Assembly: GCA_973895155.1 (NCBI GenBank)
Contig: OZ316898.1
Location: forward strand, 1,959,927-2,023,926
Origin: Marsupella aquatica
Lineage: Eukaryota; Plantae; Marchantiophyta
DNA: 64,000 bases
Direction of reading: 5' to 3'
The notes beneath the pieces are model-generated. The model searched no databases, was not told the DNA's origin, and saw only the letters and a list, made by a program, of their open reading frames with translations. Position 1 is the stretch's first letter. Each line of letters begins with the position of its first letter. Position numbers and translations under genes: made by a program. This document shows, in pieces, positions 53,284 through 63,503 of this stretch.

Positions 53284-55603
53284 ATTATGGACCAAAAAAA
53301 AAAATGGTGGATTTCAAATTTCTGATATCTTGGCCGTCCATTCCAATTCAAATTCCTGCAATGTTGGCCATCCATGTTTGTTGCATCTAGATATCTCATC
53401 TGTCAATTTTAGAAGGGCATAGAGTGCTCAAAAGAAAAATCTCAGGGAGATCATCGGCTGGATTTGTTCTGTGTAATAAATGAAATAATATGAAAACAAC
53501 AAAAATAATTTCATTTGTGGCCTGCCATTTGTCCTCCCACTTCCCATTTTGTTCCCTGTATGAAAATAGTGAACAAGTATTTTACTGTCCATTGCACAAA
53601 AATGGCTTTTGTACCTATAGGTGTAGTGTAAATTTCATCATGTGTCGTTCATTCGAGACCATCCCAAAATCAAACTTTTTCTACACAGCGTTACACATGT
53701 GACAAGCTCTGGAAAAGTGGAAAAGACCAGTCTCGATTTTTAATAATTGAAGGTTGGAACTTGGGAAAATTTACAAGAGAATTCTTACACTAAACTCCAT
53801 CGCTCATAAAATAATGCAAACAATGATTGACTGACAGTGATGTCTAAATGACAATAGCATACTATTGATAGAATTGAGTGCGAGAAGTACAGCACCTGCC
53901 AAATAAATGTACATTTCACAAGGTGACCAGGAAAGGTACAAGTGCACAAGTCTCGAAAAGTTGTGGACATAAGGTATACATTCCCCATTTGCCCTAATGA
54001 CACTCAATCAAACATTGTGCACATATATTTTACAAGATCGTCCCTTGCCAATGACAATAAACACCATAAGCGCAGCAAATGAAAGTACGAGAAGTACAAG
54101 AGCAGGAGGTGTCCGTATCCCAAAATCCCAAAATTTTCTTTCTCTATCATTCACTAGAATTGGGAGGAATTCCATATAATTTGCTAAATGGGGTGGATGC
54201 ACTACATTCAAAACTAAATGTACTGGGAAAGGGCATCTATAGGATAGCAAGATAAAAAAAAATAAGAGGGATGCCAAAATAAATTAAAATCTACGTCATA
54301 CTAGTATTGCACCTTAGTTGTGATGATGGCACATTGAAATAAAAATATGTGACAACAAATCTTAGTAAGACAAAATACTTTGGATTGGCCATATAACACT
54401 GTCAAAATAACCCCAACAATTATGTGAGTCCTTAGTTATGAATTTTGTTTCCTTTTTCTCTCAAATCACAAATACCCATATAAAAGGGGTTCTCCCTTTC
54501 CACTCACTTCTTTCCTCGATGGTGCCGGTCTACTCCAAGATTTTGGGAAAATGTTTTAGTTAATATTTACATTTGGATCTTATGGGAATAATCTTGAAGG
54601 GGCAGCTGTGGTTTAAATGAACACTTTACTCAGCACTAAAGGGTCAAAAGGTCACTATAATCCCCACATGATGATGATTAAAAATTGCGATTCAAAAATT
54701 ATTAAAAAGTGCGATTCAAAAATTGTGGGAGAAGCTTGACACAAAAGCCTGGATGGACCAAGACATTGTCCCTGCCCTTCCCCATGGAATGCATAAAGCG
54801 ATTGTTGCTTTTACATTGCAGAGAAAAGGGAGCCGATTGCGGATCACAGTTGACAGCTTTGACTACCTCCAGGAGAGTAGTCAAGACGTGACGGCATTCC
54901 TGAGTAATGGCATGACGTCTTTCAGGTTGAGGTCATCAAGTTGGTAATGTAATTAAAACAGGCTGCATCACACTTACATGCATCACTGATTGTTTTTTAC
55001 ATGTAATTGGAGTTGATTAATTTCAGTGTTTTCTTTGCATTGCTTGAATTGTACATCTCTAATCTAACTATAGTATGTTTTTCTGATCTTAAAATTAGAA
55101 AACAACAGAAAACCACAAATTTACTGTGGTGAGATTATGGACTTGGGACACATTTCTGACCAGAATACTAAGGTGCTTCTAATAAGCCCCACCCAAAACG
55201 GATAGGCTTTGCACCCCGCTTTGTACCTAGCAACCCCTTCAAATTACATAGCTTTGCACTAGACTTAAGGTTGAGCAAATGTGCTACATTGGAGTGGGAG
55301 AAGTGGCCAAAGTGCACCTCATCACAAGAAAGCTCTACAACCTCCTCCCTCGCTTGGGGGCAGGGGGTGCCAAAAACAATTCCCAGGCCTTGTATTCAAA
55401 TAATGCTCCCAGGGGTATTTTATCCAAATAGAAAGCCCTGGGCCTCCTATTTGAGTTTCAAACTTACATTATGTTTTGCAAGAAGTAGGGTCTTTGTATT
55501 TGAGATTGGCCTTTCAAATTGAAACCAACCTTGGTTTGTCTTGTTAGATGGAAGGCAAAGATTGCATGCTAGAGCATGGCAAGCCAAATTCTTTTGAACC
55601 ACA

Positions 55604-56212
55604 TGTCGTGCGCATACATATCGCTACACAACATACATCGCTTGTCACATACATCCAGACATAGTCACACTGCCACATCACAAATACAAGAGAATGGAAT
55701 ACAAGTGGAACTCATGTCCACACATGTCCAAAACCCACAATAATCTCCATACAATCGGCACAACGATCTCGGTCAACAATACCCCATCGATCCCGCACCG
55801 ATCCGATCACACACGTATGTCAAGCCAACGCACCTTGCACTACTCAAGGAATCCACGTTACACAAGCGGAGCTCACAGCCACCATAGCCACACTCAAGCT
55901 CCTCTCTCTCCAAGGCTCAACATTGAAAGATGACCTTTCAATGCCTCACAAGTGAGAAGTACCCTCTCACACAAACCTGACAGAACCTTATCGGCTCCAA
56001 TAGCACTCATACCAAACGTACATACTCTAATTAATAGCACGATATACTACTACACTACTCAGAATGGTGTGACAGCTGTCGTGCGCATACATATCGCTAC
56101 ACAACATACATCGCTTGTCACATACATCCAGACATAGTCACACTGCCACATCACAAATACAAGAGAATGGAATACAAGTGGAACTCATGTCCACACATGT
56201 CCAAAACCCACA
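55604..56212 (-). repeat. 3' LTR (609 bp) with an internal 136-bp terminal direct repeat
   Basis: TG/CA termini, directly adjacent to the PPT. 55604-55739 is identical to 56077-56212. Confidence 0.8.
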
Positions 56213-56224
56213 ATCGCCCCCCTA
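56213..56224 (-). promoter_or_regulatory. Polypurine tract
   Basis: The minus strand reads a G-rich tract followed by CGAT immediately before the TGTGGG start of the LTR. Confidence 0.7.
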
Positions 56225-56387
56225 GTTGGGAGTAAGGTCCCCTAACTCTAGCTAGCCATGAGTTCTACAAGGTTGATATACACCTTTTTAGGTGTGAAGA
56301 TCAGGAGGCCGGGTGCAAGTGAGCCCCATCGATCACCTACCTGCAATCCATATCTGCCAAGAGAACACAAATGATAACTAGTCGGCT

Positions 56388-57968
56388 TCACCGACACTGA
56401 GGACACAACCATGATCCACTAGGAATCACCTGCAATGGTGGTGTCAAACATGACATGTGCCATCCTCTAGAACACTTATCACAAATCAACATAGTAGCTG
56501 CTCCCTGAGCAGATCCACACAACATACATTTCAAGCCAGCACGAACATGTGCCAAGCTTGGATCTACTGTACCATCAATGTTGGGAAGGTGACATGGTGC
56601 ACAGTTGCGCACATGATCCTTCCAAACCATACCATCGCGTCCCTCCAACATCAGGACACCAGAAGGCAACACTTCACGCACACGTAAGATTGTCCGGCCT
56701 GCGGTCACATCAAGTGTCGTGGGTGCTGTCTGCTGCAAATAAACATAATTACCAGGATGAAATCGTCGAATGCTTGCACGGTAACCTCCTCCACGAATAG
56801 TGGCATACCTCAAAGTATCACGATGTTGGGCAATGGCAAGGTTGTCAAAAGCCATGGGCATCACTCTCTGAAATACCCGTGCTCTCTCTGAACACACCTT
56901 GACCCAAACATCAGGATCATCCAAGTTCACAACTGGTGCAGCATGACGACGAATAGTTGCTGGCAAATCTGGCTCTCTACCATAGAGCAAAAAGTAGGGT
57001 GAGAAGGATGCAAGTGATGCTTGCCGACTGAAACGGTAGCCCATAGCTAACCAAGGTAGCTGGAGATCCCAATCTTCCAGATGACCAACCTGCAAGCCAT
57101 ACTTACGCAATCCTCTCTTCACAGTTTGCACAACTCTCTCAGCTAATCCATCTGCCTCAGGATGATCACGAGAGGTAGTACGATGATCAATCAGAGCTTG
57201 TTCACACAAACTCTCAAACTCTCCACGGAACTCAGTTCCTTGATCAGTCAACACCTCAGCTGGTGCTCCAAAATGACTGAGTACACGATCCAAAAATGTA
57301 GCAGCAACTCCTCCACTGGCTTTATCTGGCAACGCCACTAGCTCAATCCACTTGGAGAAGTGCTCCACCATGACCAAAACATACCGATTATGACGTTGGG
57401 TAAGAGGTAATGGACCAGCAAAATCCAAACTCCAACGATATCCCAAACCCATGATCGGCAACGGGTGCAACTGGGGAGTGGGAGCATTAAATGATGCTCT
57501 CACTCTATCACATACCACACACTTAGCTATCAACTGTTGGACATGAGTGTGCATACCACGCCACCAATACTGTGTCTGCAGCAAGCTGTAAGTGCGCTTC
57601 ACACCAAAGTGACCCAACTCCTCGTGCGCATGTCGCACCAAATGTACTCGTTGTGATAGTTTTGGTACCACCAACATCCTACCATCATGCAGTACTCTCA
57701 AAAGATGGTTTCCCTCCCATCGAAATCTCTTGGCTCTCTGTAGAACCCTGTCACGTTCCTTGGCATCAACACTGCCAACAATAGAACCACTGCGCAGATA
57801 TTCCAACACTCTCACATCATTGTGAATATCTTGTTGTCCAGAAGTTACCTCACCAACATCCACATCTGAAGACTCATCACCCACTCCATCCAATGAAGTA
57901 GAGTCCACAGATCCACTGTATGCTGGCACCCAACAAAGAAAGGCAGATGCATGCCATCCTGGCACCAT
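56388..57968 (-). CDS. Integrase (HHCC, DDE core, SH3-like tail) with a C-terminal PHD finger
   Basis: HEELGHFG...CVVC, then WSLDFAG / LTDQGTEF / LAERVVQ. The protein ends in CMLC...LICDKCSRGWHMSCLTPPL..IPSGSWLCPQC (C4HC3). Confidence 0.95.
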   Translation of the reverse strand: MVPGWHASAFLCWVPAYSGSVDSTSLDGVGDESSDVDVGEVTSGQQDIHNDVRVLEYLRSGSIVGSVDAKERDRVLQRAKRFRWEGNHLLRVLHDGRMLVVPKLSQRVHLVRHAHEELGHFGVKRTYSLLQTQYWWRGMHTHVQQLIAKCVVCDRVRASFNAPTPQLHPLPIMGLGYRWSLDFAGPLPLTQRHNRYVLVMVEHFSKWIELVALPDKASGGVAATFLDRVLSHFGAPAEVLTDQGTEFRGEFESLCEQALIDHRTTSRDHPEADGLAERVVQTVKRGLRKYGLQVGHLEDWDLQLPWLAMGYRFSRQASLASFSPYFLLYGREPDLPATIRRHAAPVVNLDDPDVWVKVCSERARVFQRVMPMAFDNLAIAQHRDTLRYATIRGGGYRASIRRFHPGNYVYLQQTAPTTLDVTAGRTILRVREVLPSGVLMLEGRDGMVWKDHVRNCAPCHLPNIDGTVDPSLAHVRAGLKCMLCGSAQGAATMLICDKCSRGWHMSCLTPPLQVIPSGSWLCPQCR

Positions 57969-58040
57969 CTCCTTATCTGACTCATCATGCCATCTGGCTC
58001 CAATCTCATCCTGCTGACTGGTACATGGATTGCAGCTTAA

Positions 58041-59468
58041 TCAATCTGCATCCAAGTTCACTTTTCCAGGCCTATGCACCACCTGGAAATCATACTCATG
58101 TAACAACAATGCCCATCGTGCAAGCTTCCCTGTAAGCTTGTCAGACTCCATTAACCACTTAAGAGGCTGATGATCAGTGATCAAGGTGAAGGGGTTACCA
58201 AACAAGTAGCAACGAAAGTGTGCAATAGCCCACACTGCTGCCAAACACTCTCCCTCATACGAGCTATACTTAGCCTCTGCTGAATTGTTTGATCTACTGG
58301 CATAAGCCACAACAAACTCATTCCCCTCATCATCCTTCTGAGTCAGCACTGCTCCAAGTCCTACTCCACTCCAATCAGTGTGTAGCTGAAATGGTTTGCC
58401 TGAAATGGGTCTTCTCAAAATAGGGGATGATGCCAACCTTTGCTTCAACTCCTGAAAGGCATGCTCCTGGTCATCACCCCAAATCCATTCCTGATCCAAC
58501 TTAGTGAGTATGGTCAAAGGTTTAGCAAGCTGGCTAAATCCTTTAACATACCTCCTGTAGTAGCTCGCCAATCCCAAGAATGCACGAACTCTACTCACAT
58601 CAGTAGGACAAGGAATCTGTGTAATGGCCTCCACTTTAGTTTGCTGTACACCCAATCCCCCTGGGTATATGGTGTGGCCCAAATACTCAATCTGGTCTTG
58701 GAAGAACTTACACTTGCTAGGATGGAGCTTCAACCCATGTGCTCTCAATCTCTCCAACACAGTCTGCAAGTGCTGCTGATGTTCTTCCACAGTAGAAGAA
58801 TAGACCAAAATATCATCAATATAACATCTGACAAAATCCAAACCTGCAAGGATTCGATCCATGACTCTCTGGAACTCAGCTGGTGCATTCTTCAACCCAA
58901 ATGGTAAGAATAACCATTGATACAAACGATCTTTGCCATAAGAATCAATCCCCCAGAATGCTGTCTTGGACCTGTCAGCATGCCTAATTGGAAGCTGATG
59001 GTATCCTGCCCTCAGATCCAATGAACTGAAAACCTTTGCATGCCCCACAGCATCAAAGATCTCCTCAGGTGTGGGCATGGCATATCGATCAGATTTTGTC
59101 TGGCGATTAATAGGTCTGTAATCACCACACATGCGCCTATCTGTGTAATTGCCATGCACATCCTTCTTGGCTGGCATCACTGTGGCAGATGCATACTCCC
59201 CATATGAAATCTCCACCAATCCAGCCTCCAACAAATCTTGAGTTCTACTTTGAATCAGAGCTCTCTCCATGTCACTATAACGGTATGGTCTACGAAAGAT
59301 TGGCGCATCACTAGCCAATTCAATCTGAATACCAGGGCCCTTCAATGTCCCCAAATCCTTCATGCTGAATGCAAAACAATTCCAATAACTCTTCAGGAAT
59401 CGATGCATGCGACGTCTCTCCTCCCCTGTTAACTTAGGGCCAAGCTGTGGTTCCCAACTCTCCACCAA
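58041..59468 (-). CDS. Reverse transcriptase and RNase H
   Basis: RMCGDYRPIN, SSLDLRAGYHQ, LPFGLKNAPAEFQR, CYIDDILVYS, LHTDWSGVGLGAVL and TDHQPLKWL. Confidence 0.97.
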   Translation of the reverse strand: MVESWEPQLGPKLTGEERRRMHRFLKSYWNCFAFSMKDLGTLKGPGIQIELASDAPIFRRPYRYSDMERALIQSRTQDLLEAGLVEISYGEYASATVMPAKKDVHGNYTDRRMCGDYRPINRQTKSDRYAMPTPEEIFDAVGHAKVFSSLDLRAGYHQLPIRHADRSKTAFWGIDSYGKDRLYQWLFLPFGLKNAPAEFQRVMDRILAGLDFVRCYIDDILVYSSTVEEHQQHLQTVLERLRAHGLKLHPSKCKFFQDQIEYLGHTIYPGGLGVQQTKVEAITQIPCPTDVSRVRAFLGLASYYRRYVKGFSQLAKPLTILTKLDQEWIWGDDQEHAFQELKQRLASSPILRRPISGKPFQLHTDWSGVGLGAVLTQKDDEGNEFVVAYASRSNNSAEAKYSSYEGECLAAVWAIAHFRCYLFGNPFTLITDHQPLKWLMESDKLTGKLARWALLLHEYDFQVVHRPGKVNLDAD

Positions 59469-59513
59469 ATCCCTAATATCTCTTTGTAGGGTAGAAGAGA
59501 TAGCCGATGATTG

Positions 59514-62438
59514 CTATTTAGCAGTAGATTGAGCAGTCCCTTCCTGCTCAACAATCTGTCCAGCCGCCAATCCTGTCATAGGTCCATGGACTGTCTGCTC
59601 GCCCCCAGCTGTGATCAATACTGTCTCAGTGGACCGCAAGCTCACCAAGGGACAATCAGTAATTCCGGCAGAGCGCATCCGCAACTGTTCAGCTACTCCC
59701 AAGCTGATAATCCAAGTCAAACAATTCAAATCCATTGCTTGACCAAGAACCTGGCGCCGCAAACCCTCTGACACAGAGGCAACTGCAGTGGTGCCAGTCA
59801 AAAATCCCATAGCACGCTCTCTCTCATCAGCAGTAGACTCCACTAACTGCTGGAGAGCTGTGTCCCATACAAGTCCAGGGCCACCTGCTCTGAATGCATA
59901 TGAAGCAGAGTGGCTTACAAGAGTGGGTAATGCACAATGTGGGCACCCAACTGCATTGACCATTGCCAATGGAGGTCTATCAGGTTGGGTCACACCCTGT
60001 GCACGACGCCCTGGATCCAAAATATCATCCACCACTAAGGCTGGTGAGCGTGGAATGCTGTCAAATGCGCGCTTCAGCACCTCACATGGGATCAAATTAG
60101 TCCACCATAAGCGTGGACGATGTGCACGAGAACCCACACGTGCAGCATCCAATAACACAGCAGGTCCAATCCAAGACCTCACCTGGTGAACACTGGCAAC
60201 AATCCGACTACGATCATCACCTAACAATGGCACATTCTCCAAAATGTATGCTGGAGGCTGTGTCTGATGTAGCTGGAGGTGACGCAGCACCCGTAACATC
60301 TCCCAAAACAATGCAGAGCGTGGATCATGAAGTCCATGCCCAATGCCAGCTCTAGATTGGCCCTGACATGGCCAACCAGCAATCACCAAATCAATGGGGC
60401 CAACACGATGTAGATGATCCGCCCCCAACAATGAAATATCAGTAGGTAGTGCATGCTGATAACCACGAACAGCATCCACTGGCAGCAACTGTGGATATCT
60501 ATCCACCAACATAGCCACATGTCGCAATGAGACCCTCCGTGTTGTCTCATCTGTCTCCACATACAAATAACGACGCACAGGAATTCCTGCCTGAAGAACA
60601 GCAGCCAATCCAGTGCTAATCCCACCAAAAAGATCCAACAAACAAATACCCTCCGGTGGATACTGCCAAGCAATAGGAGTGGTATCCAATGGTGAAAGAG
60701 TCACAGGTCCATCTGCAAGAGACTGCTCTGCTCCTGACTGTGGTGTAAAAGCATGACGCCATGCATCATGTACCAATCGTGCTGCTGCCTGTGGCAAGGC
60801 TTGTGCAGTGCCCCACACTGGTGGCACAACACTGCCAACAGGTAATCCTCGCATGATGTGCTCCTCATGAGACTCCTCCAATGGTGGAACATCGGCTGCA
60901 TGCGCATTACCCTCAATCAAATCATCAGGTCCAGCAATTACACCACTGAATGCTGCCAAAGACAATGGTGTGGATTTAGGGCCTCCCATAGGTCCACTAA
61001 ATCTCACTGGCAATTTGCTCAATCGAGCATCTCCTGACTGCCAATCAGGTCTATATGACACTGATTCCTCCCAAAAATCAAGAATAAATCCCATGGGGTA
61101 GAGCACTGTACATCCCACCAACACATCATATGACTCTGCCTTAGTCAGAATAGCTCGCGCCTGTATCTGTGAGCTATCTGTGGTATGACCTTCCTGAATC
61201 CTCAAATCAAGTGGTCTCCTGGTGATATGCTGTGTAGGTGTAGGTCCCCCCAATGAAGTCTGAATGGGAAAGGGACAATCCTCCAAATCCTCTGGACGCA
61301 ATCCCAATCCACGTATGGCAGACTTCCCCAACATCAAGGGTTGAGCACCAGTATCCAGTAACACTCTCTCTGGCTGGTATACTGCTCCAGAAGGCCCAAC
61401 TAATCGGAAGATACCACTCCGATTATCCAATGATACAACACTATGTTTAAACCTAGTCCTCTCAAATGCAGGGCGTGCTGGTAAATCCACCAACCTCGCT
61501 GCTGCTGCATGCCATGTCTCACTAGTAGCAGTAGGTGGCATGGTCTTCACTGCATCAACACTGCAAGTTGCTTCTGCATGGGAAGCAACCACTGGAGTGT
61601 CCTCACAGAGTGTAGCTGCCAATCTGAACACTTCTGCAGGACCAACTCCCAAGTTCAGCATGTCTGTCGCTAAAAATAATGGGGTGCGTACTATGGCAGT
61701 AGCCGCCCCCAGCAAGGTACCTGTCATCCCTGCTGCATCACTACTTGATTCTGCCAACTTACCCACATCAGGGTTTGTCCGAACCGGGTTCATAGAGGCA
61801 GTCTGAACTGTCTCTGACAATGTAAAAGACTGAGGAAGCTTTGTCTGCCGACGTGCATCCCCCCTTTGTGGATCTAACTCCACTACTGCTCCTCGGGGCT
61901 CAAGAGCTTTGGCTGCCCCACGTGTCAAAGCTGCTAATGCATCAATATGTGCAGTGCCACACATGAATCCCATGGTGGCAAGGTCTCCATCAGCTCCATA
62001 AGATGTGGAAGGACCATGGGATGTGGAAGGTCCATAGGATGTAGATGCCCCATCACCAGAATTAGGTCTCACCTGGGAACTAGCCATGGCAGCTAGTTGT
62101 TGCTCCAATTGAGCAATCTTAGCATCCTTTGGATCTATGGTTACAGCAGGGGCAGTGTCACCTCCCTGTCTCCCTGCATGTGGCATGCCATGACCACGTC
62201 CACCACCTCTACCTCCTCCTCCTCTTCCCTGATCATGTGTACGGGATCCTCCTCTCCGTAACTCAGGGTGGAGTGAGAAACACCTATCCTTGGTGTGTCC
62301 AGGAGCTCCACAGTGATCACACTGTCGCTGATCAGGCGCTGATGCTCCCCCTGATCCTCTATGATCTGGACAATATCTCTGTGCATGATCCCCACCACAG
62401 GTCCAACATCCTGACTGCTGTCCAGCATAAGAGGGCAC
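59514..62438 (-). CDS. Gag zinc knuckles, aspartic protease and DNMT3-like C5 cytosine DNA methyltransferase
   Basis: Knuckles CWTCGGDHAQRYC and CDHCGAPGHTKDRC. Protease VLLDTGAQ...YDVLVG. MTase motifs I LDLFGGISTG, IV DLVIAGWPCQG, VI ILENV, VIII AHRPRLWWTNL, IX ERERAMGF and X RRQVLGQAM. Confidence 0.93.
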   Translation of the reverse strand: MPSYAGQQSGCWTCGGDHAQRYCPDHRGSGGASAPDQRQCDHCGAPGHTKDRCFSLHPELRRGGSRTHDQGRGGGGRGGGRGHGMPHAGRQGGDTAPAVTIDPKDAKIAQLEQQLAAMASSQVRPNSGDGASTSYGPSTSHGPSTSYGADGDLATMGFMCGTAHIDALAALTRGAAKALEPRGAVVELDPQRGDARRQTKLPQSFTLSETVQTASMNPVRTNPDVGKLAESSSDAAGMTGTLLGAATAIVRTPLFLATDMLNLGVGPAEVFRLAATLCEDTPVVASHAEATCSVDAVKTMPPTATSETWHAAAARLVDLPARPAFERTRFKHSVVSLDNRSGIFRLVGPSGAVYQPERVLLDTGAQPLMLGKSAIRGLGLRPEDLEDCPFPIQTSLGGPTPTQHITRRPLDLRIQEGHTTDSSQIQARAILTKAESYDVLVGCTVLYPMGFILDFWEESVSYRPDWQSGDARLSKLPVRFSGPMGGPKSTPLSLAAFSGVIAGPDDLIEGNAHAADVPPLEESHEEHIMRGLPVGSVVPPVWGTAQALPQAAARLVHDAWRHAFTPQSGAEQSLADGPVTLSPLDTTPIAWQYPPEGICLLDLFGGISTGLAAVLQAGIPVRRYLYVETDETTRRVSLRHVAMLVDRYPQLLPVDAVRGYQHALPTDISLLGADHLHRVGPIDLVIAGWPCQGQSRAGIGHGLHDPRSALFWEMLRVLRHLQLHQTQPPAYILENVPLLGDDRSRIVASVHQVRSWIGPAVLLDAARVGSRAHRPRLWWTNLIPCEVLKRAFDSIPRSPALVVDDILDPGRRAQGVTQPDRPPLAMVNAVGCPHCALPTLVSHSASYAFRAGGPGLVWDTALQQLVESTADERERAMGFLTGTTAVASVSEGLRRQVLGQAMDLNCLTWIISLGVAEQLRMRSAGITDCPLVSLRSTETVLITAGGEQTVHGPMTGLAAGQIVEQEGTAQSTAK

Positions 62439-62501
62439 AGGTCTCTGGCTGGTAGACTCTCGTGCAGTAGGCTTCTCCCTCTGGCTCTTCCGTGCAGTAG
62501 G

Positions 62502-63503
62502 CTATGGTGTGGATGTAGATGCAGCCTTTGGTGCTTCCTTGGAAAATCCGAAAGTCACCACCTTCTCATTCACCATATTGAGCTCAATGCGCTCAGAAAG
62601 GGTGAAAACAACTGCTAATATGGGATCTGCATCCCTAAGCAGAGTGACATCTCTCACTCTGCGTCGCAATTCTCTGTCCAGAATTGCATACCAAAACTGG
62701 ACTGCCTGAGCCTCTGTCACTTCCTTGGTGACAGTGATCAATCTGCGCATACGTGTGTATGCCTCACGTAGGCTCTCTCCAGTCTTGCGTTGGAACTCCT
62801 GAAGACCCTTCAACTTATCAGTTCTCACACCCTGATAGTTCTGCTTCAGTACCTCAAAGAATTCCACCACAGGATTAAATGCTGGCGCAACTCCAGTTCC
62901 TGTCACAATCACACCGGCAGGAGTAGTGGTGGATGTTGCTGGAGTGCTGCTGGTGGATGGTGTGCCACTCTGGCTAGTGCTGCTAGAAGAAGCAGCAGCT
63001 GTGGCAATTGGTTGGGCAGCCGCACTAGTGCCATAGGTGATGGACACGTAATTAGGCGACCAATGCTGCCTCCATGCCTCAATCTCAACCAAATGAGCCT
63101 TTCGAAACTCATGGTAGTCATCCATGGGTGGCCCCTCCAAATGCTGGAATAATCCCTTCCATGCCATGAAAGGGGTAAACAACGTGACATTACGCAATGT
63201 CTGCATATCGCACCACGTATCAAACTCCTGGATGAAGTCATCCAGATCAATTGTGCCAACTGCACCAGAGTATCGTCGTGGGCCCTTTGTAGCCCCGTAC
63301 ATCTCGTCCATATCCCACAACAAAGGTGCAACCACCTGATGATGAGGAGAACTGATCACTGAGTCCTCATCAGAATCACTATCTGAAGCTGCACTGCTGA
63401 CTGCTACCAATGCCGCTGGCCAAAACTGTGCCCCACTCTGAGTGAAACCGGTCCGTCGTCCATCGGGTAATCCAGCAGCACCAGAAGAATCCGTGGTGAC
63501 CAA
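62502..63503 (-). CDS. Gag N-terminal (capsid-like) region; first ATG at 63311
   Basis: PRRYSG...DLDDFIQEFDTW, and FQRKTGESLREAYTRMRRL (retrotransposon Gag QxxGESxxxY motif). It is in frame with all downstream ORFs. Confidence 0.85.
   Translation of the reverse strand: MVTTDSSGAAGLPDGRRTGFTQSGAQFWPAALVAVSSAASDSDSDEDSVISSPHHQVVAPLLWDMDEMYGATKGPRRYSGAVGTIDLDDFIQEFDTWCDMQTLRNVTLFTPFMAWKGLFQHLEGPPMDDYHEFRKAHLVEIEAWRQHWSPNYVSITYGTSAAAQPIATAAASSSSTSQSGTPSTSSTPATSTTTPAGVIVTGTGVAPAFNPVVEFFEVLKQNYQGVRTDKLKGLQEFQRKTGESLREAYTRMRRLITVTKEVTEAQAVQFWYAILDRELRRRVRDVTLLRDADPILAVVFTLSERIELNMVNEKVVTFGFSKEAPKAASTSTP

Noticed and set aside
53785-54947. Possible SWIM-finger or TE coding remnants (GNVY...CTC)
   Set aside because: The ligand set is incomplete and the frames are fragmented.
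55604-56212. Independent TRIM element with 136-bp LTRs
   Set aside because: There is no internal PBS or PPT. The PPT lies outside and belongs to the Gypsy element, so the whole unit is better read as its LTR.
59720-60650. Bacterial restriction-modification methylase or contamination
   Set aside because: The domain is fused in frame within a Gypsy polyprotein, has DNMT3-like motifs, and has no cognate nuclease nearby.
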